Source of the DNA: Macrostomum hystrix
Taxonomy: Eukaryota > Animalia > Platyhelminthes
Assembly: GCA_950097015.1 (NCBI GenBank)
Contig: CATNEN010000009.1
Coordinates: 1,674,001 to 1,738,000, forward strand
Direction of reading: 5' to 3'
DNA length: 64,000 bases
A model generated the notes under the pieces. That model made no database searches. It was not told the origin of the DNA and saw only the letters and a list, made by a program, of their open reading frames with translations. Made by a program: the position numbers and the translations under genes. Positions within the stretch are counted from its first letter, which is position 1. Each line of letters begins with the position of its first letter. Positions 33,501 through 45,469 of the stretch are shown piece after piece.

Positions 33501-36500
33501 AGCTGTTAGTCTTTCATTTGCCAGGAAGATTGCTAGCAGAATCAATAGCAATCAATCAATTTGTGTTTATTTCGCGCACTTTCCTCAATCCCGATGAATT
33601 TTCGCCAGCCGAGCTCTCTGAGCAGTTCTGGCGTGAGCAAATTAGATTCTTCGCGTATTTCAACTAAAAACTAATTAAAAATGCAGCTTTTGCTCAAAAT
33701 TTGTGTAGCCTTTTGTTTAAAAAGTTCCGTTCGCTATCATATGCCGGGCATGCTACTGCCAGTAGCTGGCGGGCTGTTTACTTTTGTGCATTTCCATTAT
33801 TTATGCTTGGCTAAAGAGCAGCACCCTTCATCTGCCTTCTCGGCCCCGAACATTTCAGGCCAGCAGCAGCAGCAGCAGCAGGCCAGTCTGCAAAGGCCAG
33901 GTGAGTCACTCAGCTCTGACGCAGGCATTCAAAGACACTGACTCACCAAAGCAGGCGTCGGCCCCTTCACCCGCAGGCGGCTCCGAAGGTCACGAGACGG
34001 GCAAGAAGTCCAAGGGCATCGGCGGGCTGTTCGGCGTCGGCAAGAAGAAATGAACAAAGACTAGCAGCAGCTCTCGCACTTTCACCACCCGTCAGCCATC
34101 TCGCTGGACCCTCTCACATTTGGACTCTGTTGTCTCGCGCGTTCCTGGAAGCTCAGCAAAACATTTTTCATAGCTTTTCATCAATTCCAATGTGTATGCT
34201 TAAAGCGCAATAACAATTCTTGTCAGGCAATGAAATCCTGGGATGCATTATTGTCCCCGATGACCTTGGGCCCGAATCCATGACTGATATTGCTGATTGT
34301 GACATTGTTGCTGTCAGCTCATTTCGCCCTTTCTGCTCGCTGTTGCTCTAACTCAAGGAGTTGCTTGTCAATGATTTTGTTGCATCACCAAAAACATTCC
34401 CAGTTGCCGCTTCTTTGTTCAAAGTGCAACCCGGGAGTTTTCTCCCCATCCCTCAAATATAACCGATTGACGCGTGAAGCGAGGGCAGCTGCTCGCCCTG
34501 AGCACAGCAAGGCCCGGGCACTGTTAGCACTGTTAGCACTGTTAGCACTGTTAGCACAATCAGCTTACCAGCCGTGAATTGCTACACTTTTCTTCGCAAC
34601 AATGGAACCCCGGCTCCCGCACTGCCAAGCTGCTGATTGACAAGGCCGCGGCTGTCCGCATCGCTGACTTTGGGTCCGCAATAGTAATGCCGCAGCTAGA
34701 GTTCCCCGCCTGCTCTCTGTTGTCTGTTATTTGCTATATGATGCTGACAGTCGCACAGAGAAGGCTGAGCGGAGCCCGAGGCGGTCAAGCCTCATGCAGC
34801 CTTTAATCCCCAATGTCCGATGAAGCTCACGCTGCGTTGGTCACGATGCGGTTTAGGGGGGCAGTAATTACAGTGTGTGTTGGGCATGAGTGAAACAGTT
34901 TTTATGGGCCTGCTGTGCAGTGGTGGCATGCGTTCTCAAACAGGATGCTCAAACAGCCACACGGCAGTCCGCAAACAAGCCGCTTAGTTTAAACAGCCCC
35001 CAAAATGAGTCGAAAGAAATGAAAGTACAAGCCAATAAAGACATCAGATTTTGTTTTCGTACTTCGTATTTGGGGTGCTTCGCCCCACTCAGGGAAGACC
35101 TGTGCGATCCCCTTTTTTACGATAATCCCCTAACCAGCAATGTGAAGGCCCTGGCGCCATAATAAAACTGTTTGCTTTTTTCTCTTGACTAAATTTTTCC
35201 TGAGCCAAGCGCTAGAGTTTCTGCAGTCTGTTTGCTCACGGCTGAGACTGCTCAGCCCAGCCTCCTGTAGTGTTTGACTGACACCAGCCTCTGCCTGTCT
35301 TTAAACTGCTGCCAGCCGTGGCGTGTACTTTCCGTGCTCCCCTGGGCCTGGCGAAGCTCGCATTGCACGCGAAAGGATCAGGTGGGCTTGTATGCCAGGC
35401 ATTTTTATGGCGCTTCGATGCCTTCTGTTGCCGTCCGCTTCGCTTGGCGGGGCTGAGGGGGGGGGCGCCGGTTGCCCGTGGGGCTGTGCAACTTTTCCTG
35501 CCTACAACTTTGCCTCTGGGGCCGGGTTAGCAGGGCCGGCGTAGTTTAGGAAGCCCTGCAGGCCCGTTACTTCTCCCCAGCCCGTGATGGTCCCAGCCTG
35601 ATCTCATTGATCTGGGCTGCTGTCTCTCTAAAAATATCTGGAGGCAGGCTCGCGTCATTAGTACATCCCCCGGGGCTTTGAACCAAGCATCGCCGACCTA
35701 AAAATAAACGGCTTTGCAGCTGATCGAGGCTTGAAGTCTTGCGGATGCCGCTGCTGCTCCGCTGAATGCCGTCCGCAGTGTCTAAATTGTTTTTTTACCA
35801 GCAAGCCTGCGTAGAAAAGTTTAGTTCATAACAAACACACACACACACTCACACACACACACACTCACAAACTCACACACTCACACACTCTAGCGCAGGT
35901 AACAGATTCTGCGTGGACAGCCAACTGCAGTACAGCTACTAGAAGCATGCGTATTTTTTGCTAAACCGATGTCCAATAAATTTTTCTGGCACGCTGACAA
36001 ACTTCTAAAACATCCCTCCTTGTCTTTGCCTTCGGGTTGACAAGCTGCGTCTTTGGCCGACGAGAGACTGCGTCAGGAGCGACCTCGGAGGCGTCGGCGT
36101 CAGAGGCGACATTCGCTGACCTCAGCGGCGGAAGTCGGAGTGGCTGCCGCAGATACTAGTGGACACCGACTGACTAACGGTTTGGATCACAGTCAGGACA
36201 GGTGAGAGCTGTGTGAATATATGACAGCTGTGTGAATATATGACAGCTGTATGAATATCTGACAGCTGTGTGAATATCTGACAGCTGTGTGAATATCTGA
36301 CAGCTGTGTGAATATATGACAGCTGTGTGAATATCTGACAGCTGTGTGAATATCTGACAGCTGTGTGAATATATGACAGCTGTGTGAATATATGACAGCT
36401 GTGTGAATATCTGACAGCTGTGTGAATATATGACAGCTGTGTGAATATATGACAGCTGTGTGAATATATGACAGCTGTGTGAATATCTGACAGCTGTGTG

Positions 36501-39500
36501 AATATATGACTGCTGTGTGAATATATGACTGCTGTGTGAATGTCGGGGCTGTGTGAATGTTGGGCTGTGTGAATGTTGGGCTGTGTGAATGTTGGGCTGT
36601 GTGAATGTTGGGCTGTGTGAATGTGAGCATTCTGAGCAAATCCTCGCGGCTTCAAAGCAATTCTGAGGCCCTGGCAGCCGTTGGGGATAGTTTTTAGCCG
36701 CAGCCAAAACTTTCTCAATTCTCTCAGGCATTTTTCCAGTCGGACCCATTGGGCGCTGGGGATAGCCTGAGAGGAGGAGCTGGGATAATTTTTTTATTGC
36801 TATTGCTGGCGAATCTGTGGGATCTCAGCAACTGCCAGTTCCCGCGGGAGCTCCAACTGCTGAGGCAAAATTTCCCCTATCCTCATTCGGCTGCCTCCAT
36901 TCATGCGACTCGAACTCACGACCTTGTCATGCATTGGCGCAGCTTTTCTTATCTCATGTTTTTCTGCTCGGCACGTCTACCCGCTTCTGCTCAGAAACGG
37001 CCTCTCGCTCGGCTGGTCTTCAAAGACCTCCCCGGCAGTCCTCGGCGGCATCCTGGGCCGCCCCCCAGCCACCACTCGCCGCGAACTTTTTGAGCCGGGG
37101 AGACGGCCTGGCCTGGTTGAAGGGAAAGACAGAAAGCGCTGCCGGGAGTATGACTGAAGGTTGCCGTGGCGGCTGCTCCCGAGCCTGTCCCGGACACACG
37201 CGGCGGGGGAAGCGGGCCCGGCGAGGGTGGAATGAAGGCGGAGGGAGACGAACGCTGGGCTGCCATGCCAGGGGAGTGCAGCCGGCCCGCAGCCCTGACT
37301 GGCTCCCCGGTCACTGATCCACTGGCCCGCCGCGCCCTTTCCTTCCCCTCTCGAGCCCAGCCGCTTCCCTAAGCGCACTTTGGCCCGCCGGTGCTTCGCT
37401 AAATACAACAGAGGACCGAACCGAGCGAGAGAGGAAAACGCAGCTTTTTTATCCCCGACGCCTTCTGCCACCACTGCATCGGCTCTTCGCCAGTGTCTCG
37501 CCTTCTGCCACCACTGCATCGGCTCTTCACCAGTGTCTCGCCTTCTGCCACCACTGCATCGGCTCTTCGCCAGTGTCTCGCCTTCTGCCACCACTGCATC
37601 GGCTCTTCACCAGTGTCTCGCCTTCTGCCACCACTGCATCGGCTCTTCGCCAGTGTCTCGCCTTCTGCCACCACTGCATCGGCTCTTCGCCAGTGTCTCG
37701 CCTTCTGCCACCACTGCATCGGCTCTTCGCCAGTGTCTCGCCTTCTGCCACCACTGCATCGGCTCTTCACCAGTGTCTCGCCTTCTGCCACCACTGCATC
37801 GGCTCTTCGCCAGTGTCTCGCCCCCAGCCTCATCTTCTACCCTCCTACTCCGCCTTCTCACCCCTCATCACACGGTATCGACCCGGAGCAGCGAGCACCG
37901 CCAGCTGAGCACAGGTGAGCAGCTGCTGAGTTGCTGGCCAAGCAAGTGGGCATCGCGCGGGATTTCGTTTTGGCTTTTAAAGCTTCACACCGCGCGCGAT
38001 ACTAAGCCAGACTAAATTGCCATTCGCCCGTCACCCTGACAGCCAAGCCTCTCAAAAAGCATCTCCATCATCGCCCTTCAGCCTCAGAGCCTGCTGCTCA
38101 AAGCCTTTTAAAATACTAATTGAGATGGCAGCTCAGGCCCTGAGTGCCGTGGCTCACCCGGTCAGGAGGCTGAACGGCAGGCAGGTGAGCTGCGACAGAC
38201 CGCGACCTGCCGCCCAGGCCACGGCCTCCGCTGCCGGCCCGAGACACACCTGCGCCAGGGTTTACCATAGAAACCGGTAACTCGCATTTCCTCTGCCCCA
38301 GACTCGCCTCCTCCCTCCGGTTAATGAGTTCTCTCCGCTTATCTTTACTCCACTGGACTACCCGTTGCACCTCACGATATGAATCTTTGTTGCTATAAAG
38401 ACTACATTTAACGCACCAGTATTGCACAAACGCATGCAAAAGTTTTAACATTAAAATTTTGCTCTGATTTGCGAAATGTCAGTCTGGACTGGTCTAGCTG
38501 CTTTTGCCAGTGGAAAGCGCTGGCTATGGGAGCCGCCGCTCCGCAATGCCCCAGTGGTGCCACATTTTATGATCGGCAAACTTTCCATAACTAGAGCTGG
38601 GCAGCTCACGGGAGTGACTAAGCAGCCTGACCGGCTTTTCCTGGAATTTTGTAGACTTAAACAGCTGAGTCACATTGCTGTGAGTTCGTCTGTGTGCATG
38701 GAGGCTGTGAGTTAGTCTGTGTGAATGGGAGCTGTGAGTTAGTCTGTGTGAATGGGAGGCTGTGAGTTAGTCTGTGTGAATGGGAGGCTGTGAGTTAGTC
38801 TGTGTGAATAGAGGCTGTGAGTTAGTCTGTGTGAATAGAGGCTGTGAGTTAGTCTGTGTGAATGGGAGGCTGTGAGTTAGTCTGTGTGAATAGAGGCTGT
38901 GAGTTAGTCTGTGTGAATGGGAGCTGTGAGTTAGTCTGTGTGAATGGGAGGCTGTGAGTTAGTCTGTGTGAATAGAGGCTGTGAGTTAGTCTGTGTGAAT
39001 GGGAGGCTGTGAGTTAGTCTGTGTGAATAGAGGCTGTGAGTTAGTCTGTGTGAATGGGAGCTGTGAGTTAGTCTGTGTGAATGGGAGGCTGTGAGTTAGT
39101 CTGTGTGAATGGGAGGCTGTGAGTTAGTCTGTGTGAATGGAGGCTTCGTTCTCGGGGAAGGTCGCTGAAGGATCTCGCACTGGTTTTGCTGTGCTCAGCT
39201 CAGCCAGCGGTCCAGATCTCATCCTGTGCTCAAAAGCCGTGCTCATCGGTCCATCCCAAAGTAATTAATATTTGCTCGGCCAGGCTGCCACCTCCCCAGC
39301 CCGGGTCTCGAATTTCCGACCAGATTTTTCTGCCCTCATCGGCGGCGCGGGTTCCGCGTCTCCCGGCTTCGTGTCTCGCTTGCGAACCCGCCAAGCATCG
39401 AGCCAGAAGCTCGAAATGGGAGGGGCGATGAGGCTCAGTCGCCTGAGCTGCTGTGACGGATGGCTTGGCCGTCCAGGCCCGCAAATCTCTGAAGACGGCA

Positions 39501-42500
39501 CGCTGCCCTGGGGTTGGGGGCTGCCCGGTTGAACTGCAATCCAAGCCCGCACCGGCGTACTTTTGAGCTGGGGATTTTATGGAGTGGATTGCTAGTCTAT
39601 GCCTTAAACTGGGGGATTTGATGGAGTGGATTGCTAGTCTATGCCTTAAACTGGGGGATTTGATGGAGTGGATTGCTAGTCTATGCCTTAAACTGGGGGA
39701 TTTGATGGAGTGGATTGCTAGTCTATGCCTTGAACTGGGGATTTGATGGAGTGGATTGCTAGTCTATGCCTTAAACTGGGGGATTTGATGGAGTGGATTG
39801 CTAGTCTATGCCTTAAACTGGGGGATTTGATGGAGTGGATTGCTAGTCTATGCCTTAAACTGGGGGATTTGATGGAGTGGATTGCTAGTCTATGCCTTAA
39901 ACTGGGGGATTTGATGGAGTGGATTGCTAGTCTATGCCTTAAACTGGGGGATTTGATGGAGTGGATTGCTAGTCTATGCCTTGAACTGGGGATTTGATGG
40001 AGTGGATTGCTAGTCTATGCCTTAAACTGGGGGATTTGATGGAGTGGATTGCTAGTCTATGCCTTAAACTGGGGATTTGATGGAATGAATTGCTAGTCTA
40101 TGCCTTAAACTGGGGATTTGATGGAGTGGATTGCTAGTCTATGCCTTAAACTGGGGGATTTGATGGAGTGGATTGCTAGTCTACGACTTAAACTGGAGAT
40201 TTGAGGAAGTGGATTGCTAGTCTATGCCTTGAACTGGGGGATTTGATAGAGTGGATTGCTAGTCTATGCCTTAAACTGGGGATTTGAGGGAGTGGATTGC
40301 TAGTCTACGACTTAAACTGGAGATTTGAGGAAGTGGATTGCTAGTCTATGCCTTGAACTGGGGGATTTGATGGAGTGGATTGCTAGTCTACGACTTAAAC
40401 TGGAGATTTGAGGAAGTGGATTGCTAGTCTATGCCTTGAACTGGGGATTTGATGGAATGAATTGCTAGTCTATGCCTTAAACTGGGGGATTTGATGGAGT
40501 GGATTGCTAGTCTATGCCTTAAACTGGGGATTTGATCGAGTGGATTGCTAGTCTATGCCTTGACACATTTACGGAGCGGGCAGTCAGGTTGCGCGGCTGC
40601 GGCATGTTTTGACACCGGGGGGGGCATTGTGTACTCTGGAAAATTCCAGACCAAAAATTCGAGGCACAAAATTTGCTCATCCCAATGCTACTCTGCTTAT
40701 ATCCCCTGGGGATTAAAACGGCGACAGTCAGTCGGCCTGTATTTTATCCCCTATCGCAATTCCCTTCTCGGTCGGCTGCCGGAGAGCAATGTCCATCGGG
40801 GGAATTGATTGATGCTCGAACAGATAAGCGAATTGCTCAGCCTGACTGGCCACCCCACAGCCGCAGTGGCTGGGTCAGGCCGCCGTGTTTGTTATTCTCT
40901 TTTGGCGAACAAATTATTTCTGTGCATTTTTCTAGCAATCTTCCTCAATCCAATGAATTCGCAAATAGTTTGTTGCTGTCCGCTTCAGTACTTTATTGCG
41001 TGCATTGTGAGGTGCCGCCCAGCCCAGCTCGCCGCTTGGACCGATATTCTTTGCTACTTCGCGCTGACGTCAGCAATCTGAGCTACGGGTCACGAGTTGG
41101 GATGAAAATTGCTGCGAGCTTTGAGATGTTCTTCCCCACCTGGAGAAGCTGCTAATGCGGAACTGCTCGGCTCGATCCCCCATGACGCCCCCTCACTCTG
41201 TCCTCCCCCGCCTTGCTCCTCTTCCTGGGGCGGGATTCCCTGTTCTATTTTTAGATTCAGGATTCTTCGAGCTCGCGAGCTAATTGCGTCACGAGTGCAG
41301 TTAGAGCACTTTAGCTGAAACCAAGCATGAAATAAGTTTTCCAAGTCTTTAGTATCTAATAATAACTGGAGGAGGGCTGTGGAAACTGGTAAATTATTTG
41401 GAGACAGTCGACCCGCAGCCAGTGAAGAGGCAATTCTGCCCGTTCCGCTGATTCCTGAGCACACACGCACACACTCATCGCCAGACAGAGTACACTCTCA
41501 CTGTGCCTTGGAGGTTGGCCCTTAGAATTGGCCGAGTCAATTTGGCTTCGCCGCGGAATCGAGCTCGGGAACCTCAATGTGCGTGGCAGATGCTTTCAGC
41601 CCCTTTCTGTGCCAACACGGCGGCTGTTTAACTTGTCCCTCTGCTTGGCTTTGGCGGCCTGTTGTTGGGGAGGCCAGCCACAGACGATCAGACTTGAGCT
41701 GGGATGAGGGCATGGAATGCGGAGGTTGAGCTGCAGCAGCAAGGGCAAGCAAACTAAACTGAGCACTTTCAGAGAGCGGGTGGGAATAGCTAGGTCATTT
41801 GTACAAGCCCCGGGGCTAGCCGCTGCAACAATGAGCTTGGGAACGGAATGGGAACATCCCGGACTTGAAGAACCGGCTCTCGCCTGCCCGTTTCTGATGC
41901 AGCCCCAGCCACCCAGCCAGCTAGCTGGTCTCTCATTGGACGGGGTAGGATGGCCAGCTCAGATGGGCGGTGGCGGCCCGGGTGCATAAGAGCCGCAATC
42001 TGCGGTCTGGTCTGGCTGCAGCTGCCGTGCCACATGCCTGATCACCGCGACCTCATTGGCAGGGAGCCGCGGCTGGTGCTGCTGAGCCTCGACTCCGGCA
42101 GCTGCAACGGAAGCAGCGGCGCATTGCACAGGTGAGGGTCATTGTGTACTAGTGCAATCCTGATCCAATGCCAAGCAGATCTGCAGCCACAATGCAGTCC
42201 AGTTCAATTCGCTTCAATTGGCAGTGGCAGCGGCGGCCCCGGGCTCGGCTTCAACATCATCGGTGGCGAGGACGGCGCCGGGGTCTTCATCAGCGGCCTG
42301 CTACCGGGCGGCCTCGCCGAGCGCTCGCGTCGACTGCGTCGCGGTGACCAGCTGCTGGCCGTGAACGGCTCCGACCTCTGCCGGTCCGGTCACAGCGAGG
42401 CGGCTGTCACGCTCAAAGCAGCCGCAGCGGCGGCGGCGTCAGCTAGGAAGTCAGGAGACCGAGCCGCAGCCACAGTCCAGCTGCTGGTGGCCTACAGACC

Positions 42501-44692
42501 GGAGGACTTCAACCGCTTCCAGGCCAAAGTCCTACGCGCTCGCGATCAACAGCAGCGTGAGCAGGCGGCTGCAGCGGCTGCCGAGGAGATGCTGCCGACC
42601 TCGGACATCGATGGCGACACCGACGCTGCGTCTGCGACGACTGGCACGTTGAAGACCACGCAGAAGCGAAGCGTCTTCGTGCGCGCCGAGTTTGACTACG
42701 ACCCGGCGAAGGACACCGGCTTGCCGAATCGCGGCATCGCGTTTCGCCGCGGCGACATCCTGCACGTCACCAACGCCTCCGACGACGAATGGTGGCAGGC
42801 GCGCCGGTTGGGAAACTCGGGCGATCAGGCCAGCTTCGGCATTGTGCCCTCCAAGCGGCGCGTCGAAAGGCGCGAAAGGGCGAAGTTGCGCAAAGTCAAC
42901 TTCAACAACAGCCGCAGCGGCGGAGGAGGCTCCGCGTCGGCGAGCCTCGACGGTAGCAGCAGCGCCGGCGGCGGCGGCTCTCTGGACCGCGGCGCAGGCA
43001 AGAAGAAGCCGTCACTGCTGCGACGTTTCCACCTGGGACACCACCATCACAATCACCAGCAGCAGCTTTCCAATCAGCAGCAGCGCAGCCTGCAGGAAGA
43101 CGACGACGATCTAGTCTCAGCGGCAGCCGCCGCCTCCGTCTCGGCTGACGGTAGCCAGCGGATTCCGTCCTACGAGCTGGTGCGCCAGACAAAGCCGAGC
43201 CTGGCCCGGCCAATCATCCTGCTCGGCCCCCTGCGCGACCAGCTGAACGACGCCCTGGCCAGCAACTACCCGGACAGGTTCGCCAGCTGCGTGCCGCACA
43301 CGACGCGGACTCCGCGCGAGAACGAGCAGGACGGCCGCGACTATCACTTCGTGGCCAGCCGGGAGCAGATGGAACGCGACATCGCCGGGCAGCTGTTCGT
43401 AGAGGCCGGCCGGTACAACGGCAACCTGTACGGCACTTCCCTGCAGAGTGTGCGCGAGGTGGCGGACACAGGCCGGCACTGCATCCTTGATGTGTCTGGC
43501 CAGGCCATCCGCAGGCTAGAAGCGGCCGGCCTGCATCCCATTGTGGTGTTCCTGAAGCCGCTGTCGCCTGAGAATATCGCGCAACTGAGGCCGGAGGTCG
43601 GGCCAGAGCAGGCCGCAGTGATGTTTGACAAGGCCACCCAGACTCAGGCTGAGTTTGGCAGCATGTTCACCGGTAAGTCTATGGCCTGGGAATCTGATTG
43701 GCTGGGCAGCATGTTCACCGGTAAGTCTATGGCCTGGGAATCTGATTGGCTGGGCAGCATGTTCACCGGTAAGTCTATGGCCTGGGAATCTGATTGGCTG
43801 GGCAGCATGTTCACCGGTAAGTCTATGGCCTGGGAATCTGATTGGCTGGGCAGCATGTTCACCGGTAAGTCTATGGCCTGGGAATCTGATTGGCTGGGCA
43901 GCTTGTCAAAGACGTCTCATCGGCTTAGAGAGAAATAAAAGAGAAATATAAATGTCAGATGTACATATCTGGAGGCTGTGTGCCGCTGTTCAGTTCATGC
44001 CACCCCACCCTTATTTCACCTAAATAAAAATAATAATAATAATAATTGCAGGAGGCCTGTGGGATTATGGAAGTCAAGTAACTTTACTTTATTGACATTC
44101 TTTACTCACATACTTCAGTGACTGTAGATGCAGCCAGCGAGGAGGCAATTCTGCCCATTCCGCTGACTCCTGAGCACACTCGCACACAGATACTGTACGC
44201 AGGCACACACTCACGCAGGTGTGTACGTCTGCCCTGACGTTCTCATCGTCAGGCAGTGTACATTTCACTGTGCCTTGGAGGTTGGCCCTCAAGGGCGTAA
44301 ATTGCACGACAAGCCCCCAAGCCTTCTCTCCGCGGCTGCGCCCCAAATGAATGTGGCCTCGCCGCGGAATCGAGCTCAGGCACCTTGGTGCGAGAGGCAA
44401 ACGCGTTAGACCGCTCATCCATCTTATTTCACCCTGCCAGGTAGCCACTTCACAGCTGGGTGACCTAAAGAAATAAAAGGAATTGTATTCCTCGCCAGGA
44501 AATGACAAGTGAAATCACATAATGAGTCTGTCCCACCACGGTACAGTGGAGTTCATGTCTCACTCTCTCCCACCCAACGCAGCCGTGGTGTCGGGCAGCA
44601 CCGTGGAGGATCTGTTCGCCCAGGTCAGGCGAGTCATCGCGCAGCACGCCGATCAGATGGTCTGGGTGGCCAGCACGGATGACCAGCTCTGA
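27596..44692 (+). CDS. DLG1: Discs large MAGUK (L27-PDZ1-PDZ2-PDZ3-SH3-HOOK-GK), spliced
   Basis: Exons: 27596-27727 and 28218-28342 (L27: DATRALELLEQY...EIQEFYEVTLLD), 29868-30258 (PDZ1, GFGFSIAGG), 32113-32481 (PDZ2, GLGFSIAGG), ~42022-42131 (REPR), 42225-43672 (PDZ3, SH3 ASDDEWWQA, GK PHTTR), 44583-44692 (...MVWV...QL*). The first coding exon (possible in-frame ATG at 27574) and the PDZ2-PDZ3 linker exons are unresolved. Confidence 0.93.
27794..28082 (+). repeat. Unclassified dispersed repeat R1, copy 1
   Basis: Reverse-complement similarity to 44115-44410 and, partially, to 41405-41590. Confidence 0.8.
28965..29850. repeat. Minisatellite, 15-bp unit, ~59 copies, directly upstream of the PDZ1 acceptor
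   Basis: Tandem CAGTCCCTAATTGAG and variants. Confidence 0.96.
30300..30580 (-). mobile_element. tRNA-derived SINE, near full length
   Basis: The minus strand starts GGGTCGTAGCCTAGTGG (A box)...GGTTCGATTCC (B box). The body contains the palindrome CAGTCCATGGACTG and GGTACCCATTTAACA, with a 3' stem-loop and AT-rich tail. Related copies occur at 31775, 46830, 47040 and 61330. Confidence 0.8.
30595..31772. repeat. Minisatellite, 22-bp unit, ~53 copies
   Basis: Tandem GATGATGACTCAC(A/G)ATAGAGTG. The same family occurs at 61615-61778. Confidence 0.96.
31775..31890 (-). mobile_element. SINE fragment
   Basis: CAGCTAATGCTGGTACCCCATTTAACAGTTGGGTGAAC...GAATCGAACC matches the SINE body and B box. Confidence 0.7.
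33977..34053 (+). CDS. Candidate alternative terminal exon of Dlg (GGSEGHETGKKSKGIGGLFGVGKKK*)
   Basis: Acceptor CCCCTTCACCCGCAG is phase 1, matching the PDZ2 exon donor. The sequence is GC-rich with codon usage like the other exons. Confidence 0.5.
36205..36625. repeat. Minisatellite, 20-bp and 16-bp units
   Basis: GACAGCTGTGTGAATAT(A/C)T repeats followed by GGGCTGTGTGAATGTT repeats. Confidence 0.93.
37461..37820. repeat. Minisatellite, 40-bp unit, 9 copies
   Basis: Tandem CCTTCTGCCACCACTGCATCGGCTCTTC(A/G)CCAGTGTCTCG. Confidence 0.94.
38685..39142. repeat. Minisatellite, 26-27-bp unit, ~17 copies
   Basis: Tandem GAGGCTGTGAGTTAGTCTGTGTGAAT(GG/A). Confidence 0.94.
39571..40562. repeat. Minisatellite, 41-42-bp unit, ~24 copies
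   Basis: Tandem GATTTGATGGAGTGGATTGCTAGTCTATGCCTTAAACTGGGG(G). Confidence 0.95.
41405..41590 (-). repeat. Dispersed repeat R1, internally deleted copy
   Basis: Shares GCAGCCAG...GCAATTCTGCCC...CACTGTGCCTTGGAGGTTGGCCCT...CCGCGGAATCGAGCTC with 44115-44410. Confidence 0.75.
43657..43902 (+). repeat. 48-bp tandem repeat x5 containing the exon end and 5' splice donor
   Basis: Unit GGCAGCATGTTCACCG|GTAAGTCTATGGCCTGGGAATCTGATTGGCTG, with donors at 43673, 43721, 43769, 43817 and 43865. Confidence 0.96.
44115..44410 (-). repeat. Dispersed repeat R1, copy in the last Dlg intron
   Basis: Reverse complement of 27794-28082 with scattered substitutions. Confidence 0.8.
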
Positions 44693-44714
44693 TGCCGCCG
44701 CCGATTCGAAAGCG

Positions 44715-45001
44715 CCTGATTGGCTGAGCCAGTCCATGTACATGAGCTTCCCCAGGGCACCCACCCCTGGCCCTGATTGGCTGAGCCAGTCCATGTACAT
44801 GAGCTTCCCCAGGGCACCCACCCCTGGCCCTGATTGGCTGAGCCAGTCCATGTACATGAGCTTCCCCAGGGCACCCACTCCTGGCCCTGATTGGCTGAGC
44901 CAGTCCATGTACATGAGCTTCCCCAGGGCACCCACTCCTGGCCCTGATTGGCTGAGCCAGTCCATGTACATGAGCTACCCCAGGGCACCCACCCCTGGCC
45001 C
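44715..45001. repeat. 57-bp tandem repeat x5 in the Dlg 3' UTR
   Basis: CCTGATTGGCTGAGCCAGTCCATGTACATGAGCTTCCCCAGGGCACCCAC(C/T)CCTGGC, beginning ~20 nt after the stop codon. Confidence 0.94.
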
Positions 45002-45469
45002 GAACTTCAAACAGCTGCCCGGGTCGAATCCGCTGCGTCGCTTCGATCTCTCCTTCTCAGTGTACTTTTAATCGGAGTGCTTTCCCTGCCCGTAGTATTT
45101 CTGACTCGCTGAGAGATCTGACTCATCGGTAGTGCTTGCAAATTCATTATCACTCATTTTCATCTAGCAATAAACGCTCGTATTTACATTTGAGTTCAAT
45201 CAGATTTTTGGCTTTTATTTATTGATAAGTCGTGACGCTAAGTATCTGGAGTAATTACAAATGTAATAACCGTTGTCTATGCAACGACACAATACACGAT
45301 GAAGAGAAGAGTCCATAAAACAAGCAATGCGACTGTAAACTAAAAAGCCTTAAGCTTTTTAACAATGAACAAGGACTAAACGACAAAGTTTTTAAAATGC
45401 AGCGATTCTAATTAAGCTGCTCGTTGTAACATGGGATTATTTTCCCAGTATAGAAATCCCTGGGAGACA

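Noticed and set aside
36122-40000. Repetitive ORFs over the 20-, 40- and 42-bp arrays
   Set aside because: They are artefacts of stop-free repeat units.
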